Part shown: positions 40,080 through 52,688 of the stretch, piece after piece
Layout of the letters: each line of letters begins with the position of its first letter
Position numbering within the stretch: the stretch's first letter is position 1
Assembly: GCF_963921235.1 (NCBI RefSeq)
Contig: NC_086097.1
Coordinates: 171,308,001 to 171,372,000 of the forward strand
From: Mobula hypostoma
Taxonomy: Eukaryota
Direction of reading: 5' to 3'
Length of the DNA stretch: 64,000 nucleotides
Position numbers and translations under genes: made by a program
The notes under the pieces: model-generated
What the model was told of the DNA's origin: nothing
What the model saw: the letters and a program-made list of their open reading frames with translations, nothing else
Database searches by the model: none

Positions 40080-42243
40080 CGGGGCAGTGCTAAGGTGGTG
40101 CTAGCTGGTGCTATAGCCCCAGCAGAAATTGCAATAGCACCAGCGTAGCACCACCAAGAAATTAACTGCAATTTCACATACAAATTGCAGCTGCTTTGCT
40201 TTCTCTGTACAGTTTTGAATACAGCTTGTTTCTCCAGTTGATCTGGTGAAAGAGCGCCCCCAATTACTATAGCACCCACGCAGCAAAAAAAGTTATAAAC
40301 TCTGTCAGATCCACTCTACACTTCTGCTTATTCGTTTGTTGTCAATGTCTTGCCGTTGCTGTCCTCAGATCAGTTAAGCTGATCTAAGATCACTTAAGGT
40401 GGTGATGTCACTCACTCTCACTCACACGAGAGATTGATAGTATACATCCAGGCGCAGATCCATGGTCTCGCGAGACTAACGGATGCCACACGCACACATT
40501 GTGCTTTTACAAGCTAGCGTCGGCCTGGCACATGCATTATTTTGGCAGCATGAAAAATGGATCAATTTTTAGTGAGATAACGGTCTCATCCAGAGTAATC
40601 AGTGGTGTCTCAGCCTGAGCCTGTCTTAATTGAAAGTGACATCCAGAAAGAAGTAAGTGGGGATGAGGACGACAGCAGTTCATTGAAGGAGTGTGAGGAC
40701 GAAGTAGAAGAACAAGAAATGGAGTGGGATTCGGAAGAGAACGTGGATGAAGCTGCTCTTAGTGCTAGTGGGAATACTGTTAGCGATGTTAGCCAGCAGC
40801 CTGAGGAAGGACCCCGTCGGCCAGCATTGAAAAAGTACCCTTCGCTGCTCACAACAGTTTGGTAATCAGCAAAGGAGCTTTATTCGTGGCTGGTTTGACT
40901 GACTAGAATATTGGATCACGAAAGATACTACGTTCTGCTTCGCATGCAGGTACTTCCTGTGTGGAAGACATGGGCTCCATTCTGAGTCTACCTTCACTGT
41001 CACCGGTTACTGTAACTGGTGGAAAGCTACAACAGCTTTCAAAACCCACCATGTAAGTGCAGCTCATATGTTTGCTATGGAGGTACGGGCCAAATTCAGA
41101 TTAAGAAAACAAGATGGTTTGAAATTGGGAAATATGCTCAACAAAGGACATGCATAGATTGTCCAAGAAAATCGTGAGTATATGAGAGCAGTGGCTGAGT
41201 CTCCAGCAAGGACAGACAGTGAATGACACAGTGGAATTTCTAGCTCTAATGAGACCCTACCATGATTCATTTATAGATTTATACAAACTAATCTGCATAT
41301 CACTGACTCTACCTGTGACATCTGCCTCATGCAAACGGAGTTTCTCTTGCCTCAGAGGCCTCAAAAACTACCTAAGGAATAGCAGCGGCGATGCTCAGAA
41401 CAGCAACTTGGCCCTGTTGGCCATAAACAGCCGGAGGACCAAAGCACTTGACATCCAGAAAATCATTGATGCTTTCACCACCAATCACAACAACAGACAG
41501 ATTGTGCTTCTCTGAAAACATCAATGGTGAGTGCAGTTGATTTTTAAAAAAAAAATTGGGCCAAGACTAATGCTGATTATTATTATTATTTTGTGGTGGA
41601 TACCCCATAGTCCTTATGTTTCCTGAAAATCCTAAAATATTACATTTACTGCTATTAAGCCTACTGGTTTTGCTTAGACTTCCAAGCGGTGATTCTGCTG
41701 ACTTTTGTTTTAAATTCAGTAGCCAAATTAATTGAGGTATTGCATGGTCAGAGTATGATTTGTCCAACTCCTCGTAAAGCCTTGCATCTGTTGTTTGCCT
41801 TATCTGACTTTAATAACAGTGTATGTTTTGGCATTGTCTGTCTATGTAATGTGAATAGCAGTGGAGATTGTGGGTTAGTGTTGTATTTTTCAGTTGAAAA
41901 GCACGCATTTGACGCTGATTGCGGGATTGGTGGATGATTCACATTGTGCGCTGTGGGTCGGATGCTCTGTTGGTTTGTATGTTTATGCTCTGTGTAGCCT
42001 GGGTTGTCTCTGATGCTGTTGACACTGTCACAGTTCACTTCTATATTATATCTATCAATTGCTGTTGCCTGTGAATCAACAAAGGCATTTATAGTAGGCA
42101 CATAATGCTTGAAACTGACTTTGAACACCAGGTGTCTGGCCTTGCAAATACATATTACCATACAGTCCATCCCTCAGCACCATCACTAAATAATTCAGCC
42201 CCATTGTAGCACCAGCAAGAAAAAATCTCTGGCACCGCCACCG
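40080..42243 (+). mobile_element. Internally deleted hAT DNA transposon (ZMYM1/Tip100-like)
   Basis: Imperfect TIRs cggggcagtgcta / tggcaccgccaccg; 8-bp TSD ttggcagt and taggtggt (consistent with CpG decay of ttggcggt). Confidence 0.82.
40557..41515 (+). pseudogene. hAT transposase remnant (TTF zinc finger joined to C-terminal dimerisation domain)
   Basis: FCFACRYF...TGYCNWWKA...H; LPVTSASCKRSFSCLRGLKNYLRNS; catalytic core missing at about 41200. Confidence 0.85.
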
Positions 42244-42458
42244 TAGGTGGTGGTTATTTAAAAAGGAAGCTTTGAGAGCATTTGTCCATTGTACGTGGCC
42301 TATCAGAAGTGTCAACAGAGATTTACTAAGAGGTATTCCTGGCAGGTTGGCGGCAGTTATTTAAAAGAGGCCGTGGCTAGGAAGAGATGTTAGCTCCGTG
42401 TAAAGCGTCTGTCAAGGTTTCTTTTTTGTTTTTATTCCTCTCTTACTGTATCATTTAA

Positions 42459-43373
42459 ATGGCTATGGTGTGCTCTTCGTGCCGGATGTTGGAGAACTGG
42501 GAGACCCAGTGCGTGAAGTGCATCCGGCTGCAGCACCTTGAAGACTGTGTTAGGGATCTGGAGCAGCAACTGGATGACTTTCAGCTTGTGCGAGGGAGTG
42601 AGGATATAATTGATCAAAGTTACAGAGAATTAGTCACCCCGAAGTTGCAGGAGGCGACTAGCTGGGTGATTGTCAGGAGAAATGGAAATAGGCATTTAGA
42701 GCAGAGCACCCCTGTGGCCATTCCCCTCAAAAAGAAGTATCCCACTTTGGATACTTTTGTGGAGGATGATCTCCTGCGAGAACGCCATGGTGACAGGGTT
42801 ACAGGTACTAGGCATGGGTCCATGGTGCAGAAGGGAAAGAGAGAGAAGAAGGGAATGGTAATGATAGGGGACTCGATAGTAAGGGGAACAGACAGGGGAT
42901 TCTGTGGACGTGAACAGGATGTGAACAACATACCTGGGATGGTTTGTTGCCTCCCAGGTGCCAGGGTCAGGGACATCTCAGATCACATCCACAACATTTT
43001 GGAGAGGGAGGGGAAGTGGCCAAATGTCTTGGTACATATTGGTACCAATAAAATAGGAAGGAAAAGCAATGCGGTCCTGAAAAGAGAATTTAGAGAGCTA
43101 AGTCGAAATCGGAGAAGCAGGACATCCCGGATTGTAGTTTCTGGATTACTGCCTATGCCACACGCCAGTGAGGGTAGAAACAGAATGATTTGGCAGATAA
43201 ATGTGTGGCTGAGCAGCTGGTGCAGGGGGCAGGGCTTCAGGTTCTTGGATCATTGGGATCTCTTCCGGGGGAGGTATGACTTGTTCAACAGTGACGGGTT
43301 GCACCTGAACCTGAGGGAGACCAATGTTCTCGCGGGCAGGTTTGTTAGAACTGTTGGGGAGGGTTTAAACTAA
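42459..43373 (+). CDS. CR1 ORF1 (zinc finger, coiled coil, SGNH/GDSL esterase), 304 aa, open
   Basis: CSSC...CVKC, heptad LEDCVRDLEQQLDDF, GDSIVRG, HIGTN, DGLHL. Confidence 0.88.
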   Translation: MAMVCSSCRMLENWETQCVKCIRLQHLEDCVRDLEQQLDDFQLVRGSEDIIDQSYRELVTPKLQEATSWVIVRRNGNRHLEQSTPVAIPLKKKYPTLDTFVEDDLLRERHGDRVTGTRHGSMVQKGKREKKGMVMIGDSIVRGTDRGFCGREQDVNNIPGMVCCLPGARVRDISDHIHNILEREGKWPNVLVHIGTNKIGRKSNAVLKREFRELSRNRRSRTSRIVVSGLLPMPHASEGRNRMIWQINVWLSSWCRGQGFRFLDHWDLFRGRYDLFNSDGLHLNLRETNVLAGRFVRTVGEGLN

Positions 43374-43474
43374 CTTGGCAGGGAGGCGGGAACTGGAGTG
43401 ATGGGACTCAGGATAGGACAGATGGTAAAAAAATAAAGATAGCATGCGGTCAGACTGTCAGGAAGGGCAGGCCG

Positions 43475-45960
43475 GTGATGGGACTTAGTTGCAGCCAACA
43501 GGCTGAGTATCAAATCATTAGGGATGCAGAATCAGAAAGGATAGCAAATATGGTACTCAAGGTGTTGTATCTGAATGCGCATAGTATAAGAAATAAGGTA
43601 GATGATCTTGTTGCAATAGTACAGATTGCCAGGTATGATGTTGTGACCATCACTGAATCGTGGCTGAAGAATGGTTGTAGTTGGGAGCTGAATGTCCAAA
43701 GTTACATGTTATATCGGAGAGATTGGAAGACAGGCAGAGGGAGTGGTGTGGCTCTACTGGTAAAGAATGGCATGAAATCAGTAGAAAGATGTAACATAGG
43801 ATCGGAGGCTGTTGAATCCTTGTGGGTTGAGTTAAGAAACTGCAAGGGTAAAAGGACATTGGTGACAGTTATATACAGGCCTCCCAACAGTGGCTGGGAG
43901 GTGGACCACAGGTTACAACAGGAAATAGAAAAGGCGAGTCAAAAGGGCAATGTTATGGTAGTCATGGGAGATTTAAACATGCAGGTCAATTGGGAAAATC
44001 AGGTTGGTAATGGATCGCAAGACAGTGAGTTTGTTGAATGCCTAAGAGATAGCTTTTTAGAGCAGTTTGTCATTAAGCCAACTAGGGGATCAGCTATACC
44101 GGCTTGGGTGTTATGTAATGAACCAGAAACAATTAGGGAGAGAAAGGCAAATGAACCCTTAGGAACCAGTGATCATTTGCAATTTGATAGGAAGAAAGTA
44201 AAGTCTGACGTAGCAGTAGTTCAGTGGAGGAAGGGAAATTACAGTGATATGAGAGAGGAATTGGCCAAATTGGTCAAAGCAGGAATGTCAGCAGAGCAGC
44301 AATGATGTGTGTTTCTGGGGGAAATGAGGAAGGTGAGGGACACGTGTATTCCAAAAATGAAGAAATACTCAAATTGTAAAATAGCCCAACAGTGGCTGAC
44401 AAGGAAAGTCAAAGCAATTGTAAAACCAAAAGAAAGGCCATACAACAAAGCAAAAATTAGACAGAAGGTAGAGAATTGGGAAGTTTTGAAAAATCTACAG
44501 AGAACAACTAAAAAAATCATTAGAAGGAAAAATTGAAATATAAAAGCAAGCTAGCAAATACCATCAAAGTGGATAGTAAAAGATTTTTCAAATGTTAAAA
44601 ATAAAAGAGAGATGGATATAGGACCACTAGAAAATGAGGCAGAAAAAATAATAACGGGGGACAAAGGGATGGCTGATGAACTAAATGATTATTTTGCATC
44701 AGTCTTCACTGTGAAAGACACCAGCAGTATGCCTGATGTTGTAGTGTGTGTAGGAAGAGAAGTGGGTGCAGTTACTGTTACAGCCTGATGAACTGGTTGG
44801 AATTCTTTGAGGGGGTTACAAGTAGGATAGATAAAGGGGATGCAGTGGATCTTATATATTTGGACTTCCAGAAGCCCTTTGACAAGGTGCAACACATGAG
44901 GCTGTTTACCAAGTAAAGAGCCCATGGTATTACAGGAAAGTTACTACCATGATTAGAGCATTGGCTGATTGGTAGGAGGCAGTGAGTGGGAATAAAAGGA
45001 TCCTTTTCTGGTTGGCTGTCAGTGACTAGTGGCGTTCTGCAGGGGTTAGTGTTGCGACCGCTTCTTTTTATGCTGTATATGAACATTTCAGATGATGAAG
45101 TACTTGTCTTTGTTGCCAAGTTTGCAGATGATACAAAGAATGGTGGAGGGGCAGGTAGTGTTGAGGAAACAGGTAAGATGCAGTCGGACTTAGACAGATT
45201 AGGAGAATGGGCAAGAAAGTGGCAAATGAAATATAATATTGGAAAATGCATGGTCATACATTTTAGTAGTAGAAATAAATGCGCAGACTATTTTCTAAAT
45301 GGGGAGAAAATCCAAAAATCTGGGATTCAACGGGACTTGGGAGTCCTTGTGCGGAACACCCTGAAGGTTAACTTGTGGGTTGAGTTGGTGGTGAGGAAGC
45401 CAAATGCCATGTTAGTATTCATTTCAAGAGGTCTAGAATACAAGAGCAAGGATGTGATACTGAGGCTTTATAAGGCATTGGTGAGGCCTCACCTTGAGTA
45501 TTGTGAACAGTTTTGGGCCTCTCATCTTAGAAAAGTTGTGCTGGCATTGGAGAGGGTCCAGAGGAGGTTCACAAGGATGATTCCAGGAATGAAAGGTTTA
45601 TCATTCGAGGAATGTTTGATGACTGGGTCTGTACTCACTGGAATTCAGAAGAATAAGGGAATCACATTGAAAACTTTCGAATGTTGAAAGGCCTAGACAG
45701 AGTAGATGTGAAAAGGATATTTCCCATGGTGGGAGAGTCTAGGACAAGGGAGCACAGCCTCAGGATAGAGGGGAGCCCTTTCAAAACAGAGATGCGGAGA
45801 AATTTCTTTAGCTAAAGGGTGGTGAATTTGTGTAATTTGTTGCCACATGCAGCTGTGAAGGCCAGATCATTGGGTGTATTTAGGCAGAGATTGATAGGTT
45901 CTTGATTGGACATCGCATCAAAGTTTACGGGGAGAAGGCCGGGAACTGGGGTCGAGGAAG
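43475..45960 (+). pseudogene. CR1 ORF2, disrupted by stops, frameshifts and an internal deletion near 44780
   Basis: YLNAHSIRNK, TESWL, MGDLN, DFQKPFD, FADDTK, LVRPHLEYC. Confidence 0.9.
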
Positions 45961-47114
45961 AGATTAAAAAAAGGATCAGCCATGAGTAAATGGTGGAGCA
46001 GACTCAATGGGCCAGATGGCCTAATTCTGCTCTTATGTCTTATGGTCTAATATGTGATGTTGTGGGATGGATAGGATCATCATCGACACCAGTCTGCTGT
46101 TGAACTGAACATCTACCCACCTGTTCTAATCGGAATGAGAAATGAAGTGACCGCCGGCTGATGTGTAGACCCCGGAATCCTCCACCAAGAGAGCTGAAAA
46201 AAACTGTGGAGTGTTGTGGATACAGCTGAGCACATCACCTCAGAAATCAGCCTCCCCTTCATGCACTGTGTCAACTCTTCTCATTACCTCAGTAAAGCAG
46301 CCAGCAAAATCAAAGACTCAAAGACATCCAATTCCCCCCTCCCCCCCCCCCCCACCATCCCACCCTGGACATTTTCTGTTCTAGAATTAGTATCGGAATT
46401 GAAATTGTCTTTTTTTTTAATTGTCACACCTATGACTAACCACAAAATTTCCAGTGCACCTTCACTATTCCTCGCACACGGTAGAATGTCAGGTCCTCGA
46501 GTGGGGAAAGTTTAAGTAAAAGTTTGGGTCACAGAGAGTGTCAAGTGTCTGGAACCGGCTGCTGGGGGGAATGGTGAAAGTAGATATGATAGAGGTGATT
46601 CAGAGTCGATTGGATATATACACAAATCTCCAGGGAATGGAATGATATAGATCATGAACAGGCAAAAAAAATTTAGTGTAATTTGGCATTGTGTTCAGCA
46701 TAGACATTGTGTGTTGAAGGGCCTGTTCCTGTACTATACTGTTCTCTAAGTCTCTTTGAATGATCTTTGCCCACTCATTTACTACATCTCTATTCTCCTG
46801 TGCTTTCTTCATAAGATACACTCTTATTAATCATAGTGACATTAGCAAATCTAGCAACCATGCCTTCTGTGCCTCTATCTGAGCCATATATCTTTTATTA
46901 AACCTTTACACAACAGTTGGGAGCCAGTTGAGGGATCGTATGCCATTCATAGGCCCAAAAGCGTAAGAAGATGATAGCTGTGGAGAGGGAACAAAGGAGA
47001 TTTCTGGAACATTTCCAGGTGGGCAGGTCACAGGTTTTCAAGGAAGCTGGGGAAGCCGGAGCTGTATCCTTAGAGCAGGGAGATTAGAAACTGTTATGAC
47101 AGAAGTGTTTAAAC

Positions 47115-48025
47115 ATCCAGCAAGAGAGCACCTGCGTACAATGCTCCCTCAGTTGACATCTTCTGGATAGACCATGAAACTCTTGATTTCACTTCTTTTA
47201 TATCTGTTTTTAATCTTAAGTGTGTTTCTGGAACTGTTAGAGCCTGCGATTTACAGTTTGGAATCAAGAGAGTGATCCATTGGTTTGCTGTTTCTGAGAA
47301 GATTCCGGGAAGCAGCGAGTGTGAGCCATGAGGTGAAGAGACTATGAGATGGGGCACAAGCTGATGTTCACTGAATAATGCTTGCATTACTTGCTGAGAA
47401 AAGTGATGAAGTTTGAAACATCGAGGCGAATGCAGGAGGTGAGCTCCAACTACCTGTCTTTTATTTGCTGATGGGAACATTCTGCTGCCAGAGGGGGAGT
47501 CTGTGTGGCCTATTTCCATGCCTAGAGGTTGGGCCTCTGCGTTCCGGTGGTGTCTCTCTCTTTCAATGATGTCAAAGGATGTTACCAAGGTTTTGTGTTT
47601 ACGAATTTGCACTATGAACTGTTTAGTCTTATAGTTTTTATATTCTGTGTTTTCCCCTGCTTTTCCTTGTTGTTGTTTTTGTGTGGAGGGAGGGGCTTTG
47701 GGGAATTGAAGTTTTTGTTGCATTTTGTGTGGGGGGAGAGGGGTCTTGGGATTGATGTTCTTGTTTGTTTCTGTTAGATTTTTGTGTAGGGAAGGGCATT
47801 TTGGGGGTCAATGTTCTTGTTGCATTCTGTGTGAGGGTAGGAAGGTTTGGAGGAGGGGTTGATTATCATGTTATGTGTGGGGGGGGCGAGTTTGCTGTTT
47901 CTCTTTGAAATGACTTCCATGGTTTTTCTTTGTTTCGTGGCTGTCTGAAGAAGAAGAATCTTAAAGTTGTATAAGGTATACACATTTTGATAATGATTGA
48001 ACATTTGAACCTATGAATCTTTGAA
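47115..48025 (+). mobile_element. Non-autonomous LINE-derived element with Rex1-type tail
   Basis: G/T-rich internal repeats; ends gtctgaagaagaagaatcttaaagttgtataa...ttgaac like the Rex1 tails. Confidence 0.55.
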
Positions 48026-49719
48026 CCTTTAAGGTCATAGAAGTCTTCGAAAAGGTAAATAAGGAGAGGCCACAGATTTAATCAGATTGATTAATATTCA
48101 GAAAGGAAAATATACCTTCTGGAAACAGTGGTTAGGACTTAAGGCTCACAGACTGACAGAAAGGTATATTCAATAGGTCCAAATGACGAGTCTCGACCTG
48201 AAACGTAGACTGTCCATTTCCATCCACAGATGCTGCCTGATCCGCTGAGTTGCCCCAGCAGTTTGTTGTTCCAGGTTTTAGCATCTGCAGTCTCTTGTGT
48301 TACAAATTCAAATAGAGTCTTCAAAGGAAACTGGATTCTTAGTGGAGGGGAAGAAATGTAGGAATCTGGAGATGGAGTTGGGGAGTGGAATTAAATGATT
48401 ATTCTGCATAGATGTTGTGGACCAAATGGGCTTCTGTACTTTTCTGTTCCATAATTCCATGTACTAATGGAAGTTTGGCTGTGTAGAATCATGGAATTAT
48501 TATATAACAGGAGAAGGATATTTGGCTCATCAACTCTATGTTAGCTCCTAGTAAAATCAGTTTAATAATACCATTTGCACTCAACTATTCTATAAGATAT
48601 TCTCCCTTAAATCTATCCAATTTATGATATATTCTCCCTTGGATGTTACCCAATTTCCTTTTCAATAACTGGTCTGATTCTCTTCTGAGCAATTCCAAAG
48701 TAAAGCATTCATCCCTTTTCATCACTGTCCCTTTTATCGTTTGTGAAAATGTTTAAATATGTGCCCCATAAACACTCAAATGACTGCAACAGTCCATAAA
48801 AATCAGGAGCAAAAAGTGGAAATTATTTGTTGCTCTGCAAGAGCTGGCATCAACTCGTTGGACCTAATGGTTAATTTCTATGCCATAGATTTGAAATTTT
48901 ATGGTTGTAAAACTGCTGAAACTGTCACACAGAAATCACTGACAGTCTTCTGGAATGAGTGGCTTGTCCATGTGTTTGGTGAGGTTATAAGATGAGGGGA
49001 GTATTGGAGCTACTCTTTTCTAACAGAGGGATGGGTACCCGGTGGGGGGGGGGGGTGCTGTTGACTAAACACACGGTTAATAAAACTCTGAGTAATTAAT
49101 CCTTGTGATCGGATGGTAGTGGCAGTCAGGGTTAGGTAAAACTCCCTTAGGAAGTGGAGATGTAAAGCACTGGGCAGAATGGAGCACAGTAATGGGAGGG
49201 ACCAGAGCCCCTTGACATTGAGCTCTAAGTACAGGTTTATACGGTGATAATAACAGCCTGCCAGAGGATTCTGAACCGCCACTATGGTAGGTCATTTGGT
49301 TAAGACAGCATCTCCCAATTAAATGGGGTGATGTTGCCTTTATTGGGATGGACAGCTGGAGGTACCATAAATGCAGCCATTCGGTTGCCGAAAGGGTTGG
49401 AGTACGAGGGAAAATGTAAGCATAGCCCGGTGGGGAAACTGAATAAACAGACAAGGTGTGGTAGATCCTACATGAACCATAAGATGTTTTAAGGCATGGG
49501 TCCTAAAGGAACAGATCAATGGAGTTTTTACTCCCATGCGATGTGGAAGGTACACTGTGAGAGGAAGGGAACTGTTTAAGGGAGGGACATCTTCTGAGGC
49601 CTCCCCCACTAAGGATTCATCTGATACTTTGTCAGATTCCACATCTTGTGATCTGGGTTCCCGATATCCCTTGCTGGAAACTTTACAAAGGGAGCTGACA
49701 GGTCTCCAGCAGCAGTAGG

Positions 49720-52430
49720 GTCAGGCAAAGGGTGTGCCCTCTTGCCCCGCTCACATGGGGATGGGGTCAGGGCTCCTGGCGGATATATTCAGCGGCCCTT
49801 TCCCAGCCAGGGATGCAAGTGCCTTCCGTGCTCATTGTGGTGCGTTGACAGAAAGGAAAATGAGTAGCAAATGCACACCAGCAGCAAGAACACCATCATT
49901 CCACGTAACCCTGACAGGTAGCAGGGTCCCCGAGCTACAATAGAGGGTTTAGGGGGTTCCCTTCTTTCTGCCCAGGTGGCTACCTGCAAGTGGCCATTGG
50001 ATTGTACCAGCCAGGACCTAGGACTGTCTTGGCAGCGATATTTCCCGAGTGCATTCTGGGTATGAATGTGCTGAAGGGTAGATCCCTGCAAACAAGTAAG
50101 GGTCACTTTACCTTTGGGGTGCCCCGGCTTAAGATATTGATGAGATTGCCCAAGTGGGAGCCTTTGGCGATTCTGCTTCCCTCGAGAGTGATCAACACCA
50201 AACAGTTCTTGATTCCGGGAGGCAACAAAGAGACTGGGGAGACTATAGGTGCCCTGTTGTGGGAAAGAGTCAGTCACCCCGTCACTTACCTCTCTAACAG
50301 CCCGGTATGGCCAGTGGGGAAGGGGATGGAGCACGGCACATGACGGTTGACTATTGACAGTTGAACAAGCATGCACCACCCCTCACAGCAGCTGCCTCAG
50401 ATATGGTGACCATTATTGAGGAAATAGGGGGTAGGAAAGGGAACCACTGGTATGCGGTAGATGTCCTGTCCAATGACTTTTCCTCCATTTCCAAGTCTGG
50501 AATCACAGGACCAGCTCACCTTCATATGGGATGGTCGCAGCAACACTTTTCACTGCCTCCCCCAGGGGTATGTACACAATCTCACGTTGTGCCACTGCAT
50601 AGTAGCTCAAGATTTATAGGGGATACAGCTAGATCCCAGTATCGCTGTACCCCACTATATAGACAATGTGCTGTTCCACGGGCCCTCACAGGATGAGGTG
50701 GTTACCTCTCTGAGGAAGCGGGGTTAGTCCATCAACTCTGATAAGATACAAGGCCAAGTCAGGATGTTCTATTCCCGGTCATTTTGTAGCATTCTGGACA
50801 GTGCAAGATACCTGATAAGACCAACTGAATGATCTTGAATGCTATGGATCCCACCTCCAGGAGTAGATGTAGCAATTTGTAGGGCTCCTTGTGTATTGGC
50901 GCCAACATACCCACACCTGCCCATGATATTATCACCCCTATAACAGGTCTCATGCAAAAAGACCACTTTCCAATGGGGCCTTTGAGACTGACAACAGGCA
51001 ATGGAACGGGTCTCCCATTAGTCCCCCGACAGAGTGGACACCCTTTGAGACTGCCACAGGCAGTGGAAAGAGTCTCTATTATCCCTAGACAGAGTGGACA
51101 CTCTTTGAGACTGCAGTTTTCAGCTAGCCCTGGAGTGGTCAAGTGGAGCCTGTGACAGGTGCCGAAAGGGTGACGTTTCCCCTTGGGGATTTTTGGACAA
51201 AGACTTTCCCCAAGGCAGAGACCCAATGTATCCCCTTCCAGAGGCAGTTTTAGGCCTGCTATTGGGCCCTCCTGGGCACTAAACACCAGACAGCCTCTGA
51301 GTCAGTTGTAATACGACTGCATCTCCCTATCATACAGTGGGTGAAGTCTGACAATACATTTTACACAGAGGGACATGCCCAGCAGTCTTCAGTCATTAAC
51401 TGGAAACGGTACATTGCAGTCAGGCAGAGAAAGGTCCTGATAGGCTGAGCCGTCTCCATGGATAGGTCATCCACCTGCCTGATAACAACCGTTTCACTCA
51501 CGATGACATCCCTACAATTGACCCCCTCACCCATACAGTGGGGTAAGGTGTAAGATGATCTGACCCCTGAGGAGAAGCAACATGTCTGGTTCACCAATGG
51601 CTCCAACTATTGATGGGATGGCAAGCAGTGGTGGAGGGCCACCATTTCCACCCTGCGATGTGCAAGGTAATAAATGAGCAGGAGGGAATGTGTGGGTCCA
51701 TACAATTGGCCTGAAAAGTGGCTGGGCCTATTAGAGTCCACACCTTTTGGGACTTTGAGGATGCCATACTGTATATAGAGCTGCTCAGATCAGAATGGCC
51801 ACAGTGTGCTCCGAGGTGCAGGACAGCGGTGGCCTGGTGGTCTGGGCACACCAGAAAAGTGGCCACTTAGGTGTGGATGGGATAAGGAAATGGCCAGATG
51901 CTTGGGGAGTATCTCTAACTTATGACAAGGCCGAAATGGCAGCAATAAGTTGATAATTTGCCTGACCTGCCAACAGATTAAGGCCAGGAGATGGGCAGCA
52001 GGTCCATCAGGACACATCTGAAGGGATACAGGAGGTGGTCAGGTCTGGCAGATAGATTATGTTGGGCCTCAGCCATAACAAATTAAAGAGCAGTATGTGC
52101 TGACCATAGTTGATACGTAATTCAGAGCCCAGTGACCATGCTGACCAGTAAAACACAATAAAAGGATTACAGTGCTTGTCATCCATGTATGGGATTCCCT
52201 AGGAGATTCTATCAGGCTCACATATTGCAGGAGCTAACATCCAGGATTGGGCTGTAAAATCCAGCACTTTGTGGGTGTATCAAATCCCATAATACCTGCA
52301 AGCAGTGGGGCTGATCAAAAGCATGAATGGGTAGTTGAAGAAATAGATTAAGCTATTGACCCCTACCCACTCCCTCCAGGAGTGTCTGTGTGTGCAGCAG
52401 CAAGTGATGGGCCACCTGAACTCATGGCCA
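49720..52430 (+). pseudogene. pol: ERV pol (PR-RT-tether-RNase H-IN), heavily disrupted
   Basis: PECILGMNVL, KWEPL..P..VINTKQFLIPGG, NSPVWPV, PQGYVH, HYIDN, FVGLLVYWRQH, ACYWAL, GHAQQSSVINWK, WFTNGS, HQKSGH...CLTC, WQIDYVGP. Confidence 0.9.
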
Positions 52431-52688
52431 GTGAGTCTGGGTAGGTCCCAAATGCCCCAACGTTTAGAAGTGTCAGACCCTCCAAAGCTTGAAAAAGTGA
52501 AGTTGGAAGAGGAATCGGGGTAAGTCGGGTGCAGCAACCACTTGGGTCCACTGGAGCACAGGGAGATTGTGGCACACAGGCCAGGGAATATGCGATTGGT
52601 GCTGTTACCGGGGGAGCTGGGAATGACATGTCCAAGTACCCAATGATTAACCAGGTGGGAGTAAGTGTGTGTCTCCCTACACTGCAGA

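Larger units (their letters stand above)
39945..46050 (+). mobile_element. Near full-length CR1 LINE whose repeated 5'UTR is interrupted by a hAT element
   Basis: About 110-bp 5'UTR repeats on both sides of the hAT; ORF1; broken ORF2; 3'UTR ...cttatgtcttatggtct. Confidence 0.88.

Noticed and set aside
40602..40865. Acidic 87-aa ORF as a host protein
   Set aside because: It is the N-terminal low-complexity part of the hAT transposase.
47109..47723. 204-aa minus-strand ORF
   Set aside because: It lies antisense in a non-autonomous repeat and has no recognisable motifs.
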